Notes: generated from the letters alone by a model not told the origin. Shown: positions 1-8,145, counted from the first letter of the stretch. The stretch: DNA of 32,000 nucleotides from Isorropodon fossajaponicum endosymbiont JTNG4 (GCF_016592615.1 NZ_AP013043.1:1080001-1112000), one strand, 5' to 3'. Made by a program: numbers and translations.

Positions 1-2250
1 CTGGATATTGATGCCACAAGAGAAAGCGCACAAACAGCACTGGCAAATACCTTATTGATTTATGAGGCATATCAAGCTATTGTTGATAAATCTCAAACCA
101 ACCCTTACGCTAAGAGCGTTGTAGATAGCTGGGCAGATGCACAATGGTTTAACAAAAAAGCATCTTTGCCTCAAAAAATCAAATTAAGCGTTTTTCGTGT
201 TGAGGGTGAAATCAATACGGATGATTTATCACCTGCAACACAAGCTTGGTCACGCCCAGACATTCCTTTGCATGCAAAATCCATGTTGATTAAAAAAATG
301 AATAAACCACTTGAGATGATTGAAAAACTCAAGCAAAAAGGTCTACCATTAGTCTTTGTGGGTGATATTGTTGGCACAGGCTCTTCACGTAAATCTGCCA
401 TTAACTCAGTACTTTGGCACATGGGTCACGATATTGATTACGTGCCCAATAAGCACAGTGGTGGTGTTGTGTTGGGTGGCAAAATCGCACCGATATTTTT
501 TAACACTGCCCAAGATTCTGGTGCCCTGCCAATTGAGTGCGACGTTACCAAAATGCAAATGGGTGATGAAATCACAATTTATCCATTTGAAGGAAAAATT
601 ACCAACAGCAGTGGCGAAACCATTTCAACTTTTAAACTCTCACCAACCACTCTATCTGATGAAGTACGTGCAGGAGGGCGAATTCCACTTATTATTGGCA
701 GGGGCTTAACCGATAGAACTCGCCAAGACCTCGGCTTGCCTGTCTCAACTACTTTCTTGCGCCCACAAGACGTTAGTCAGAGTAATGCTGGCTACACATT
801 AGCACAAAAAATTGTCGGCAAAGCTTGTGGTGTAGATGGCATTCACCCAGGCACTTATTGCGAGCCACGTATGTCTAGCGTAGGCTCACAGGACACCACA
901 GGGGCAATGACACGCGATGAATTAAAAGAATTAGCCTGTCTTGGATTTTCAGCCGATTTAGTCATGCAAAGCTTTTGCCATACAGCTGCTTATCCCAAGC
1001 CTGTTGATTTAGAACTACAACATTCACTGCCTGATTTTATGCACTCACGTGGAGGCGTATCACTCAAACCGGGTGATGGCATTATCCATTCATGGCTTAA
1101 TCGCATGCTATTGCCTGACACAGTAGGCACAGGTGGCGATTCCCATACACGTTTTCCTATTGGCATTAGTTTTCCAGCCGGGTCTGGACTGGTTGCTTTT
1201 GGCGCTTCACTTGGTGTATTACCATTAAACATGCCTGAATCTGTTTTGGTATGCTTTACTGGCACAATGCAACCAGGTATTACCTTAAGAGATTTGGTCA
1301 ATGCAATCCCGTATATAGCCATACAAAAAGGCTTATTAACGGTTGAAAAATCTACCAAGAAGAACATCTTTTCAGGTCGTATTTTAGAGATTGAAGGCCT
1401 GAGTGATTTAAAAGTAGAGCAAGCATTTGAACTGGCTGATGCTTCGGCTGAGCGCTCTGCCAATGGTTGTACAATTAAGCTAAATAAAGAGCCTGTGATA
1501 GAATATCTAAACTCTAATATTGCTTTATTATCTTCAATGATTAATAAGGGCTATGAGGATAAAAAAACCCTCGCCAGACGAATTCAAGCTATGAAAAAAT
1601 GGCTAGATACGCCCGAATTACTAGTAGCAGATGCAGATTGTGAATATGCCGCAATGATTGACATTAACCTTAATGAAATTAAAGAGCCAATCTTAGCGTG
1701 TCCAAACGACCCAGATGATGTCAAACTACTTTCAGAAGTAGCCAATACCAAAATTGATGAAGTCTTTATTGGTTCTTGCATGACCAATATTGGTCACTTT
1801 AGAGTGGCTGCACAATTATTAAAGGACAAGTCAGAGCTGACAACTGAATTGTGGATTGCACCACCCACCCGAATGGATGAAGCGCAACTTAAGGCAGAAG
1901 GTGTATACGATATATTTGACAAACTAACTAAACATACCGAAATCCCTGGTTGTTCTTTATGCATGGGCAACCAAGCACGAGTCAAAGACAATGCTACAGT
2001 GGTATCCACCTCAACACGTAACTTCCCTAATCGTTTAGGCGACAATGCTGACGTTTATCTATCCTCTGCCGAAGTAGCAGCAATCACTGCCAAACTTGGA
2101 CACATTCCAACAAACACAGAATATCAACAAGCAATAAAGAACATCAAGCCAATGGAGGTGCAAATTTATCAAAATCTAAATTTTGACCAACTAAACGAAT
2201 ATAAAAATGAGGCAGATAGTGTACCACTAGAAACCATCTTAAATTCATAG
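1..2250 (+). CDS. acnB: aconitate hydratase 2 / 2-methylisocitrate dehydratase (AcnB), 5' end outside window
   Basis: Frame 1 is open from base 1; the listed ORF merely starts at an internal TTG at 55. AcnB-type motifs are present: [48 protein letters not shown]. Stop TAG at 2248-2250. Confidence 0.93.
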   Translation: MDIDATRESAQTALANTLLIYEAYQAIVDKSQTNPYAKSVVDSWADAQWFNKKASLPQKIKLSVFRVEGEINTDDLSPATQAWSRPDIPLHAKSMLIKKMNKPLEMIEKLKQKGLPLVFVGDIVGTGSSRKSAINSVLWHMGHDIDYVPNKHSGGVVLGGKIAPIFFNTAQDSGALPIECDVTKMQMGDEITIYPFEGKITNSSGETISTFKLSPTTLSDEVRAGGRIPLIIGRGLTDRTRQDLGLPVSTTFLRPQDVSQSNAGYTLAQKIVGKACGVDGIHPGTYCEPRMSSVGSQDTTGAMTRDELKELACLGFSADLVMQSFCHTAAYPKPVDLELQHSLPDFMHSRGGVSLKPGDGIIHSWLNRMLLPDTVGTGGDSHTRFPIGISFPAGSGLVAFGASLGVLPLNMPESVLVCFTGTMQPGITLRDLVNAIPYIAIQKGLLTVEKSTKKNIFSGRILEIEGLSDLKVEQAFELADASAERSANGCTIKLNKEPVIEYLNSNIALLSSMINKGYEDKKTLARRIQAMKKWLDTPELLVADADCEYAAMIDINLNEIKEPILACPNDPDDVKLLSEVANTKIDEVFIGSCMTNIGHFRVAAQLLKDKSELTTELWIAPPTRMDEAQLKAEGVYDIFDKLTKHTEIPGCSLCMGNQARVKDNATVVSTSTRNFPNRLGDNADVYLSSAEVAAITAKLGHIPTNTEYQQAIKNIKPMEVQIYQNLNFDQLNEYKNEADSVPLETILNS

Positions 2251-2255
2251 CCAAT

Positions 2256-2284
2256 AAAAAAGCCGCTTTTGCGGCTTTTTTATT
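2256..2284. terminator. bidirectional rho-independent terminator between convergent acnB and rpmG
   Basis: AGCCGC (2261-2266), loop TTTT, GCGGCT (2271-2276). An A-run lies on one side and a T-run on the other, so it can serve both strands. Confidence 0.6.
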
Positions 2285-2303
2285 AAAATTTTATATAAGC
2301 GAA

Positions 2304-2459
2304 CTACTTAATCTTCGCTTCTTTGTACATCACGTGTTTTCTAGCAACTGGATCAAACTTTTTAACTTCTACCTTTTCTGGATGAAGACGTTTGTTTTTA
2401 GTGGTTGTATAAAAATGGCCTGTTTTGGCTGATGATACTAATCTAATTTTCTCTCTCAT
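2304..2459 (-). CDS. rpmG: 50S ribosomal protein L33
   Basis: Absent from the ORF track because it is under 60 aa. Hand translation of the minus strand: [51 protein letters not shown], stop TAG. Lies 9 nt downstream of rpmB, the classic rpmB-rpmG operon. Confidence 0.9.
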   Translation of the reverse strand: MREKIRLVSSAKTGHFYTTTKNKRLHPEKVEVKKFDPVARKHVMYKEAKIK

Positions 2460-2468
2460 AACTTACCC

Positions 2469-2705
2469 CTAAACCTTTTCGCCACGTGTACGAATTTCTG
2501 CTAATACAGTGTCAATACCTTTTTTGTCAATAATGCGCAATCCTTTCGCTGATAATTTTAACTTAACAAAACGATTCTCACTTCCCACCCAAAAACGGTG
2601 TGTATGAAGATTTGGATAAAAACGACGACGCGTTCTATTGTTCGCATAAGATACATTGTTACCACTCATTGGTCGCTTACCCGTAACCACACATACCTTC
2701 GCCAT
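2469..2705 (-). CDS. rpmB: 50S ribosomal protein L28
   Basis: 78 aa, [34 protein letters not shown]..., typical L28 N-terminus and length. Confidence 0.95.
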   Translation of the reverse strand: MAKVCVVTGKRPMSGNNVSYANNRTRRRFYPNLHTHRFWVGSENRFVKLKLSAKGLRIIDKKGIDTVLAEIRTRGEKV

Positions 2706-2828
2706 AACCCACCTATCAAAAAATCTAAAAGAAATGGATTATACTTAAAATTATTCAACTTTCAAAGCTAAATTATACAAAAACCCTATTTACTATTGCC
2801 TGAACAGACTGTATCATACTCTGACATT

Positions 2829-2918
2829 GGAGGGATGGCAGAGCGGCTGAATGCACCGGTCTTGAAAACCGGCAAGGGCTAATACCCTTCTAGGGTTCAA
2901 ATCCCTATCCCTCCACCA
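2829..2918 (+). tRNA. tRNA-Ser (anticodon UGA), class II with long variable arm, CCA encoded
   Basis: Acceptor GGAGGGA/TCCCTCC. Anticodon stem CCGGT/ACCGG with loop CTTGAAA (anticodon TGA). Long variable arm CAAGGGCTAATACCCTTC. T arm TAGGG-TTCAAAT-CCCTA. Ends ACCA. Confidence 0.93.
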
Positions 2919-2919
2919 T
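2902..2919 (+). repeat. attL-like direct repeat (tRNA-Ser 3' end)
   Basis: Perfect 18-bp match to 7607-7624. Similarity continues imperfectly for about 9 nt after a 1-nt indel. Confidence 0.7.
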
Positions 2920-2996
2920 ATTATCATTATAAACATAGGCTTTTAAGCCTATTACCAAAAAACTTTAACCATATTTAAACCACATATATTTGGCAA

Positions 2997-3540
2997 TTAC
3001 TTTAATGTATCGTTTAAATGGTTAGGGCTAAGGTGTGCATAACGCATTGTCATAGCTAATGATGAATGCCCTAAAATCTTTTGAAGTGTTAAAACATCGC
3101 CACCGTTCATAATGAAGTGGCTGGCGAAAGTGTGCCGTAGAATATGAGTGCTTTGCCCTTGTATTTTTTTAATGCCTGCCCTTTTATACGCCAACGCAAA
3201 ACCATTTTTTGATGGTTTTAGTGGTAATTCTAGTTTGTCCGCTAATTCTTTATGAATGGGTATGTATCGGTTTTTGCCACTTTTAGTGTTAAACAGGCTA
3301 ATTTTGCCGTTTTTAAGGTGTTCAGGTTCTAGTGCCTTGGCTTCGCCCCAGCGTGTACCACAGTTAATACAAATTAACGCACATAGGTAGGTATCTTTGT
3401 GTGGTTTTAATTCTGCCAGTAGTTTTTTAATGTCGTCAGTATCGAGGTAGGACAATTCACGCTCTGGTATTTTGATTGTGCGTAGTTCACTCAGTGGGTT
3501 GTGGTAATCAATCTCACTAAGTCGCCTAAGTTCATTGCAA
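2997..3540 (-). pseudogene. int: tyrosine recombinase/integrase, C-terminal catalytic part only (N-terminal arm-binding and SAM-like domains missing)
   Basis: Catalytic signature in the 3' two-thirds of ORF 2997..3794: GTRWGEA (Arg), [21 protein letters not shown] (H-x-x-R), [15 protein letters not shown] (Tyr). Only about 180 aa are integrase-like. Upstream codons of the same ORF belong to a different gene (next feature). Confidence 0.8.
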
Positions 3541-3987
3541 ACGCTTGATAAATAACTCGTCATTGTCCACAAACACCCAAAGACCGTCCCTAAAGTCAAT
3601 ATCACCAGTATCCCCCAACCAGTATTACAATCTTTGTCGTTATAGGTTGGCTTCATACTATCGCCACTGGCACTAATGACCTTGAGACTATCCTCATAAG
3701 TGGTATTGTAGTATTGCTTTAATTTGTCAATATTTATCTGTATGTTCTCTATTACCCTTTCATCAAAGATTGTAATACCAGTGCCAGTCAGCATAATTTG
3801 GAAACGCTTTTGAAATTTTTTCTAATGTTTTTTTGCTAGGCTTTTCAATTACACCACTTTCATATTTTTTTATGATAAAAACAGTTAAAAAATCAACATC
3901 AAGGTCTTGCAATAATCCTTTCCTAGGATTTATTGCATTTGCTAAAAGCGTTGATAGTAAGGTAAGTAACGGTTTATCTGTATCTTG
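3532..3987 (-). pseudogene. cI/LexA-like repressor remnant (HTH_XRE + S24 peptidase), at least 2-3 frameshifts, 3' end deleted
   Basis: The minus strand gives three pieces in three frames. (a) 3987-3763: ...[41 protein letters not shown]..., HTH_XRE-like. (b) The frame of ORF 3794: ...[19 protein letters not shown], the S24 GDSMxPT Ser-nucleophile motif. (c) Ending at TGA 3534-3532: [26 protein letters not shown], the S24 KRL Lys motif. No intact start codon. Confidence 0.5.
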
Positions 3988-4040
3988 CTACCTTCCATCA
4001 ACATTTGGCTACCTTTCATCAACATTTGACTACCCTTTCA
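3987..4040. repeat. 21-bp tandem direct repeats x2.5 (iteron- or operator-like) between divergent repressor remnant and rep
   Basis: GCTACCTTCCATCAACATTTG (3987-4007), GCTACCTTTCATCAACATTTG (4008-4028), then partial ACTACCCTTTCA (4029-4040). Confidence 0.85.
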
Positions 4041-4278
4041 AGTCTAAAAGTGTTGCTACAACAGGAAAAATAGGACAGCCCCTTAAACTACTAAAATTCC
4101 TTAAAAAATTAGTAGTAAACCTTAGGGTGATTTTATGAGCAATAAAAAAATACTAACATTAAATCATAAAGAAAGAGCATATTATCAAATCCTTATTTCA
4201 TTTTGAAAAACCAATCACATCTTTGGTTATTAATTTAGGCATTCAAAAAGTAAGAAATTTGGAAAGCAAAAAGGTTCG

Positions 4279-5319
4279 GTGATTATTAGCAGAAGTGAAA
4301 TTAAATCTTTGGCAACAGGAAAAGACTCGGTATTAGGAATTAATAAGCTGATAAAAAACCTTATCAAAGACATAGAGGATCATAATAATTTTGATTTTTA
4401 TCACCCAAATTCAGGGCTGAAGAATACTAGACAAGTATTAACTAGAAGAACAGCAATAACAGATGATATGTTTGAAGATTTGCTTATTAAATTTGATGAA
4501 GATCTGTTTGAAACCTTTACCACTAAAAAGAATTACAGCATTCAATCAATTGAACAATTAAGAAAGTGTGGTACCAATCAAAGAACTAGACTTTATGAGC
4601 TCACTCAGCCCTATGCTCAACCTTATGAAAAATTAGATAAAGAGTCAAACACATGTTATAAATTAAGCGTCCAAGACATGAAGAATAATTTATGGATTGA
4701 CAAGGATTCTTACTCAACACCAAAATCATTAACACTAAGAATTAAAAGATTATGCGAACAAATATCAAAAATTACCGATATAAATCTTACTGTAACACCA
4801 ATAAAAATAAGCGGAAAAACAACCGAGTACCAGTTCCACTCTGAATTTAAAAAACAAAAAAACAGCACCAAAAAAATTGAAAGCACAAAAACAATTGATT
4901 CAAAACCAACAAGCATTCGCCAACAACTCACCATCTGGGGTGTAGGAAAAAAACAAATTGACACATGGCTGGCTAATCTAGGCAAAAAACAATCAACGAT
5001 GCAATCAAGCAAACGCTCAACCGTCCAGAACGTAGAAGCAAGACATCTAATGCTGGCGGATATATTTATTCAATACTGGGTAAATGGCAAGCAACTTCAA
5101 TTAACAACACAGATTAAGGCAGATGAAGTGCTAGATTGCCTCAAAAAGTTTGGGTTAAGTGCTGCTGATATTAAAAGCGCACAGGAGAAATTAAATAAAT
5201 ATAACGGCGCACTAACTGCCGTTGTTAATAAATGTTTACGAGAATTATCAAATGATGCTGCTGACACGGAAGACATGCGCCAGTTTTTTATTGATCAATT
5301 AGATGAGATAATGCACTAG
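4279..5319 (+). CDS. putative Rep_3/RepB-family replication initiator (N-terminus possibly degraded) with uncharacterised C-terminal half
   Basis: 346 aa with GTG start. The segment YSIQSIEQLRKCGTNQRTRLYELTQ...YKLSVQDMKNNLWIDKDSYSTPKSLTLRIKRLCEQISKITDINLTVTPIKISGKTTEYQFHSEF follows the second winged-helix pattern of iteron-plasmid initiators (RLYELL ... EIN..TDL.V....K.GR....F.F). Iteron-like repeats lie about 250 bp upstream. The same frame upstream (ATG 4135) is interrupted by stops at 4204 and 4231. Confidence 0.5.
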   Translation: MIISRSEIKSLATGKDSVLGINKLIKNLIKDIEDHNNFDFYHPNSGLKNTRQVLTRRTAITDDMFEDLLIKFDEDLFETFTTKKNYSIQSIEQLRKCGTNQRTRLYELTQPYAQPYEKLDKESNTCYKLSVQDMKNNLWIDKDSYSTPKSLTLRIKRLCEQISKITDINLTVTPIKISGKTTEYQFHSEFKKQKNSTKKIESTKTIDSKPTSIRQQLTIWGVGKKQIDTWLANLGKKQSTMQSSKRSTVQNVEARHLMLADIFIQYWVNGKQLQLTTQIKADEVLDCLKKFGLSAADIKSAQEKLNKYNGALTAVVNKCLRELSNDAADTEDMRQFFIDQLDEIMH

Positions 5320-6088
5320 AGAGAGGGCATTATATTGAGCCATACGCAGGAGGGTGCGGCTTGGCGCTTTCTTTATTATTTCAAGGATATGTCCACGAAC
5401 TTCATTTAAACGATATTGACAAGTCTATATGGAGTTTTTGGAACGCCATTGTTAATAACACCGATAAGTTTGTTAGTACAATTGAAAACACGCCTATAGC
5501 AATGGAAGAATGGCACAAACAAAAGGACATTCAAAAGAATAGTAAGCGTGTTAGTAATTTTGACTTAGGGTTTTCTACATTTTTTTAAATAGAACAAATC
5601 GGTCTGGAATTATTTTAAAAGCTGGAGTAATTGGCGGTTTAAAACAAACCGGAAACTATAAATTAGATTGCCGATTTAACAAGCCTAAGCTAATAGAAAA
5701 AATTAGACGTATTGAAAAATACAAGCATCGGATACATTTGTACAATCAAGACGCTGTTAAATTCATGACTAACATGGATAAAACACTACCGAGCAACAGT
5801 ATTTTTTGTATTGACCCTCCTTATTACAACAAAGGTTCGACTTTATATACCAACTTCTACCAACCAAAAGACCATGCAGAACTGTCTAACACCGTAATGA
5901 AATTAAAAACACCTTGGATTTTGACATATGACAATGCAAATGAAATACGTGAATTGTACAAAACACTAACACACTACAATTTTTATTTAAATTACAGTGC
6001 AGCACAAAAAAGAATTGGAACTGAGCTTTTTATTGCCAGCCCTAAAGTTAGAATAACAAGCGACTTAGGCTTAGAAAAAATTGCTTAA
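5307..6088 (+). pseudogene. Dam-type (D12 class) N6-adenine DNA methyltransferase, frameshifted and lacking a start codon
   Basis: Frame 3 from 5307: ...YIEPYAGGCGLALSLLF...LNDIDKSIWSFWNAI (AdoMet FxGxG motif). This frame ends in a T7 tract at 5580-5586. Frame 2 continues FLNRTNRSGIILKAGVIGGLKQTGNYKLDCRFNK...FCIDPPYYNKGSTLY (DPPY catalytic motif). No ATG/GTG/TTG precedes the FxGxG motif in frame. Confidence 0.8.
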
Positions 6089-6181
6089 GAATAGAGTCTA
6101 AGTTTAGGTGTAACTGCTACATAATACCGGAAGGAAGCAAGGGCACATACCAGCAAACTGGCAAAAACAATCATACCTTAA

Positions 6182-6424
6182 CAAAAAGAACTTCGCGTCT
6201 TAGATTGGATTTATGAGCAAACAATCAGGGGATTAACAGCAACCGCCTTTGATAGTTTCAGCCAGAACAAAGACACAAGCTTCAGGTCTCATGTTTCAGT
6301 ACTTTGCCATAAATACGGGTTAGAAATACCACGTCAAATAGTCAAGAACTCCAATACAGGCAGTTATTATAAAAAGTATTGGCTCAGTGACATTGAGAAA
6401 GTCAAAACAATACTAAATAAATAA
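6182..6424 (+). other. possible small winged-HTH DNA-binding ORF remnant, no canonical start codon
   Basis: Open frame QKELRVLDWIYEQTIRGLTATAFDSFSQNKDTSFRSHVSVLCHKYGLEIPRQIVKNSNTGSYYKKYWLSDIEKVKTILNK. The pattern (GLT..A ... S.. L..KYG..I ... YY.L) resembles short phage/island HTH proteins. There is no ATG/GTG/TTG near the 5' end. Confidence 0.2.
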
Positions 6425-6501
6425 CTGCTTGAGTAGTTGCGTTCACCAAATTAAGTGGGCGCGATTGTTTGTATTTTGGTGATGAAAATATCCCTAAAAA
6501 G

Positions 6502-6529
6502 CGAAAGCGGTTTTCCGAAAGCGGTTTTC
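6502..6529. repeat. perfect 14-bp tandem repeat x2 upstream of the YagK/YfjJ-like gene
   Basis: CGAAAGCGGTTTTC at 6502-6515 and 6516-6529. A related CGAAAC follows at about 6535. Confidence 0.8.
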
Positions 6530-6630
6530 AGACACGAAACCATTGGAAGTCTCTACTACTACAATAAAACCACTATTCAAAAATTGGTCATAAGGCGCGG
6601 TATTTTCTATTATCTAATAGAGCTTTACCA

Positions 6631-7380
6631 GTGAATAGAGTTAATAGAAAGTGTGTGGTTTTTGATGATAAGTTTCAATACAAAGATGAGACCATAATCA
6701 TTCAACAAGGTAAGCAAGGTGCGTATGTGGAAATACTAAATTCCATGTTTGAACAATTTGATACAGCCCTGAACATCCATAAAAGAATATTGGTTCACCG
6801 TTTTGACTTACACCCTGCTTACAACACACCCACCAATGAGATTATTCACCCTGCTTACAACACACCCACCAATGAGATTATTCACCCTGCTTACAACACA
6901 CCCACCAATGAGATTATTTCAAAGTTTATGGACAATTTAAAAAAATGGATTGGCAGACATTACGGCATTAAACATATTGGTTATGGCTGGGCAAGAGAAC
7001 AAGAACGAGCCAAAAACCAACACTACCATTTAGTTCTTTTATTAGATGGCGATAAAATTCAACACCCAAAGAAGTTAAATGTTCAAATTATAGAAAAGTG
7101 GACACCATACGGACATTGCCCAGTAGTATTAAACCCTTACTATTTTGTAGATAAAAACAATCAAGCAAAAAGACTGGAAGCACTATACAGAGCCTCGTAT
7201 CTTGCCAAGGTGAGGGGCAAAGGACATAGAGACAGCCAAAAACCAAAGATTATTCAGCAAGTAGGCTTAAAAGAAGCAAGGATATGTCTTATCTCTCTTA
7301 AAAAGGTCTTTAGACCCGCTCCGAGGTCTTTAGACCCGCTCCTGAGTCTCGGAACGAGAAAACAACCTCTAGGGCGTTAG
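6631..7380 (+). CDS. YagK/YfjJ (inovirus Gp2-like) family island protein with internal triplicated 12-aa repeat; 3' end doubtful
   Basis: RILVHRFDLHP...ISKFMDNLKKWIGRHYGIKHIGYGWAREQERAKNQHYHLVLLLDG matches my recollection of the YagK/YfjJ family found in CP4-type islands. GTG start at 6631. The last about 45 codons read through paired palindromic repeats. An alternative frame stops at 7299-7301. Confidence 0.6.
   Translation: MNRVNRKCVVFDDKFQYKDETIIIQQGKQGAYVEILNSMFEQFDTALNIHKRILVHRFDLHPAYNTPTNEIIHPAYNTPTNEIIHPAYNTPTNEIISKFMDNLKKWIGRHYGIKHIGYGWAREQERAKNQHYHLVLLLDGDKIQHPKKLNVQIIEKWTPYGHCPVVLNPYYFVDKNNQAKRLEALYRASYLAKVRGKGHRDSQKPKIIQQVGLKEARICLISLKKVFRPAPRSLDPLLSLGTRKQPLGR
6811..6918 (+). repeat. 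perfect 36-bp tandem repeat x3, in frame (HPAYNTPTNEII x3)
   Basis: CACCCTGCTTACAACACACCCACCAATGAGATTATT at 6811-6846, 6847-6882 and 6883-6918, with no mismatches. Confidence 0.97.
7304..7342. promoter_or_regulatory. two 19-bp direct repeats, 20-bp period, each containing the palindrome GGTCT-TT-AGACC (possible protein-binding sites near attR)
   Basis: AGGTCTTTAGACCCGCTCC at 7304-7322 and 7324-7342. Confidence 0.5.
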
Positions 7381-7606
7381 ATGTAGTGAGCATGTCTTTC
7401 AACTGAAGCATGCTCTTAATGAAAAAAGCTAAAGAATTGAAAGAGGAAAAAGACCTAGACCAATTGTAGTGTTATAGATTTAACGGTCGAATTTATCAAG
7501 CCTTAAAGCAGAGGCACTTTGAATAAAGTGAGTAGTAAAGTGCGTAGTATTTTTTAACGATAATTTTTTATCTATAAATATCAATTACTTATAAGCTAAA
7601 TTACAT

Positions 7607-7624
7607 TCCCTATCCCTCCACCAT
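7607..7624 (+). repeat. attR-like direct repeat (duplicate of tRNA-Ser 3' end)
   Basis: TCCCTATCCCTCCACCAT with no tRNA body upstream, i.e. a displaced tRNA 3' fragment. Confidence 0.7.
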
Positions 7625-7815
7625 TATTCTCACCATCTCATGCACAAAACACACACTACTCACTAAGTGTCGCGACGTTGTCGCTGTTCGTGCCATCAGA
7701 ATAACTTTGATAGCATTTATAATTCTTTATTTTGAGGTTAATTTAGCTTATGTTTGACAGTGTTCATCTACTGCCTACTTTGAAAGGTACGGTTAGATAA
7801 TTTTAAAAAACCGCT

Positions 7816-8145
7816 TCAATACGCAAACATTTCTTGTAAACACTGGCATAAAATTTGCTGAGTTGTTTGATTAATGACACCTAATTTTTTAATCAGTCTT
7901 GACTTGTCAATCGCTCTCATTTGGTCTATTAAAATTAGACCCTTCTTTTCCTGAAATTTTACGGATACTCGGCAAGGGTACTCAAACCCTTTAGTTGTCA
8001 TTGGAGCAATAATAATCGTTGATAAGGCTGAAAGTTCATTTGGTGAAACCACAACACAAGGCCTAGTTTTATTAATTTCTCTACCTTTTGTTGGGTTAAG
8101 ACTAACCAGCCACACGTCAAATCTATTAACTGTTTTATCGTTCAC
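7816..8145 (-). CDS. mazF: type II toxin, MazF/PemK family endoribonuclease
   Basis: 109 aa with GTG start. FDVWLVSLNPTKGREINKTRPCVVVSPNE...IIAPMTT...LILIDQMRAIDKSRL fits the PemK/MazF fold signature. The start overlaps the antitoxin stop by 1 nt (TAGTG). Confidence 0.85.
   Translation of the reverse strand: MNDKTVNRFDVWLVSLNPTKGREINKTRPCVVVSPNELSALSTIIIAPMTTKGFEYPCRVSVKFQEKKGLILIDQMRAIDKSRLIKKLGVINQTTQQILCQCLQEMFAY

Larger units (their letters stand above)
2902..7624. mobile_element. decayed integrative element (about 4.7 kb) inserted in the 3' end of tRNA-Ser
   Basis: The 18-bp sequence TCCCTATCCCTCCACCAT occurs at 2902-2919 (tRNA 3' end) and again at 7607-7624. A tyrosine recombinase gene lies immediately next to the tRNA. 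Interior genes are phage/plasmid-type (repressor, Rep, Dam, YagK/YfjJ-like) and mostly broken. Confidence 0.75.

Noticed and set aside
171-2045. Short ORFs inside or antisense to acnB (171..422, 356..709, 990..1463, 1584..1787, 1794..2045), and similar ones within secA, pyrC, anmK, petB, petC, sspA, pyrD, leuS and dnaK
   Set aside because: They are nested within long ORFs that carry strong family signatures, have no recognisable motifs, and are typical shadow ORFs.
3833-4138. 101-aa plus-strand ORF in the int/rep intergenic region
   Set aside because: It runs antisense to the repressor remnant, and its sequence is dominated by the 21-bp DNA repeats (YLPSTFGYLSSTFDYP). It has no family resemblance and is probably spurious.
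6811-6918. Possible CRISPR array (36-bp repeats)
   Set aside because: The three units are directly adjacent with no spacers, lie in frame inside a coding sequence, and no cas genes are present. This is a tandem duplication, not CRISPR.
7388-7414. Hairpin GAGCATG-N13-CATGCTC after the YagK/YfjJ-like ORF as a terminator
   Set aside because: It has a 7-bp stem, a 13-nt loop and no following T-run, so support is insufficient.
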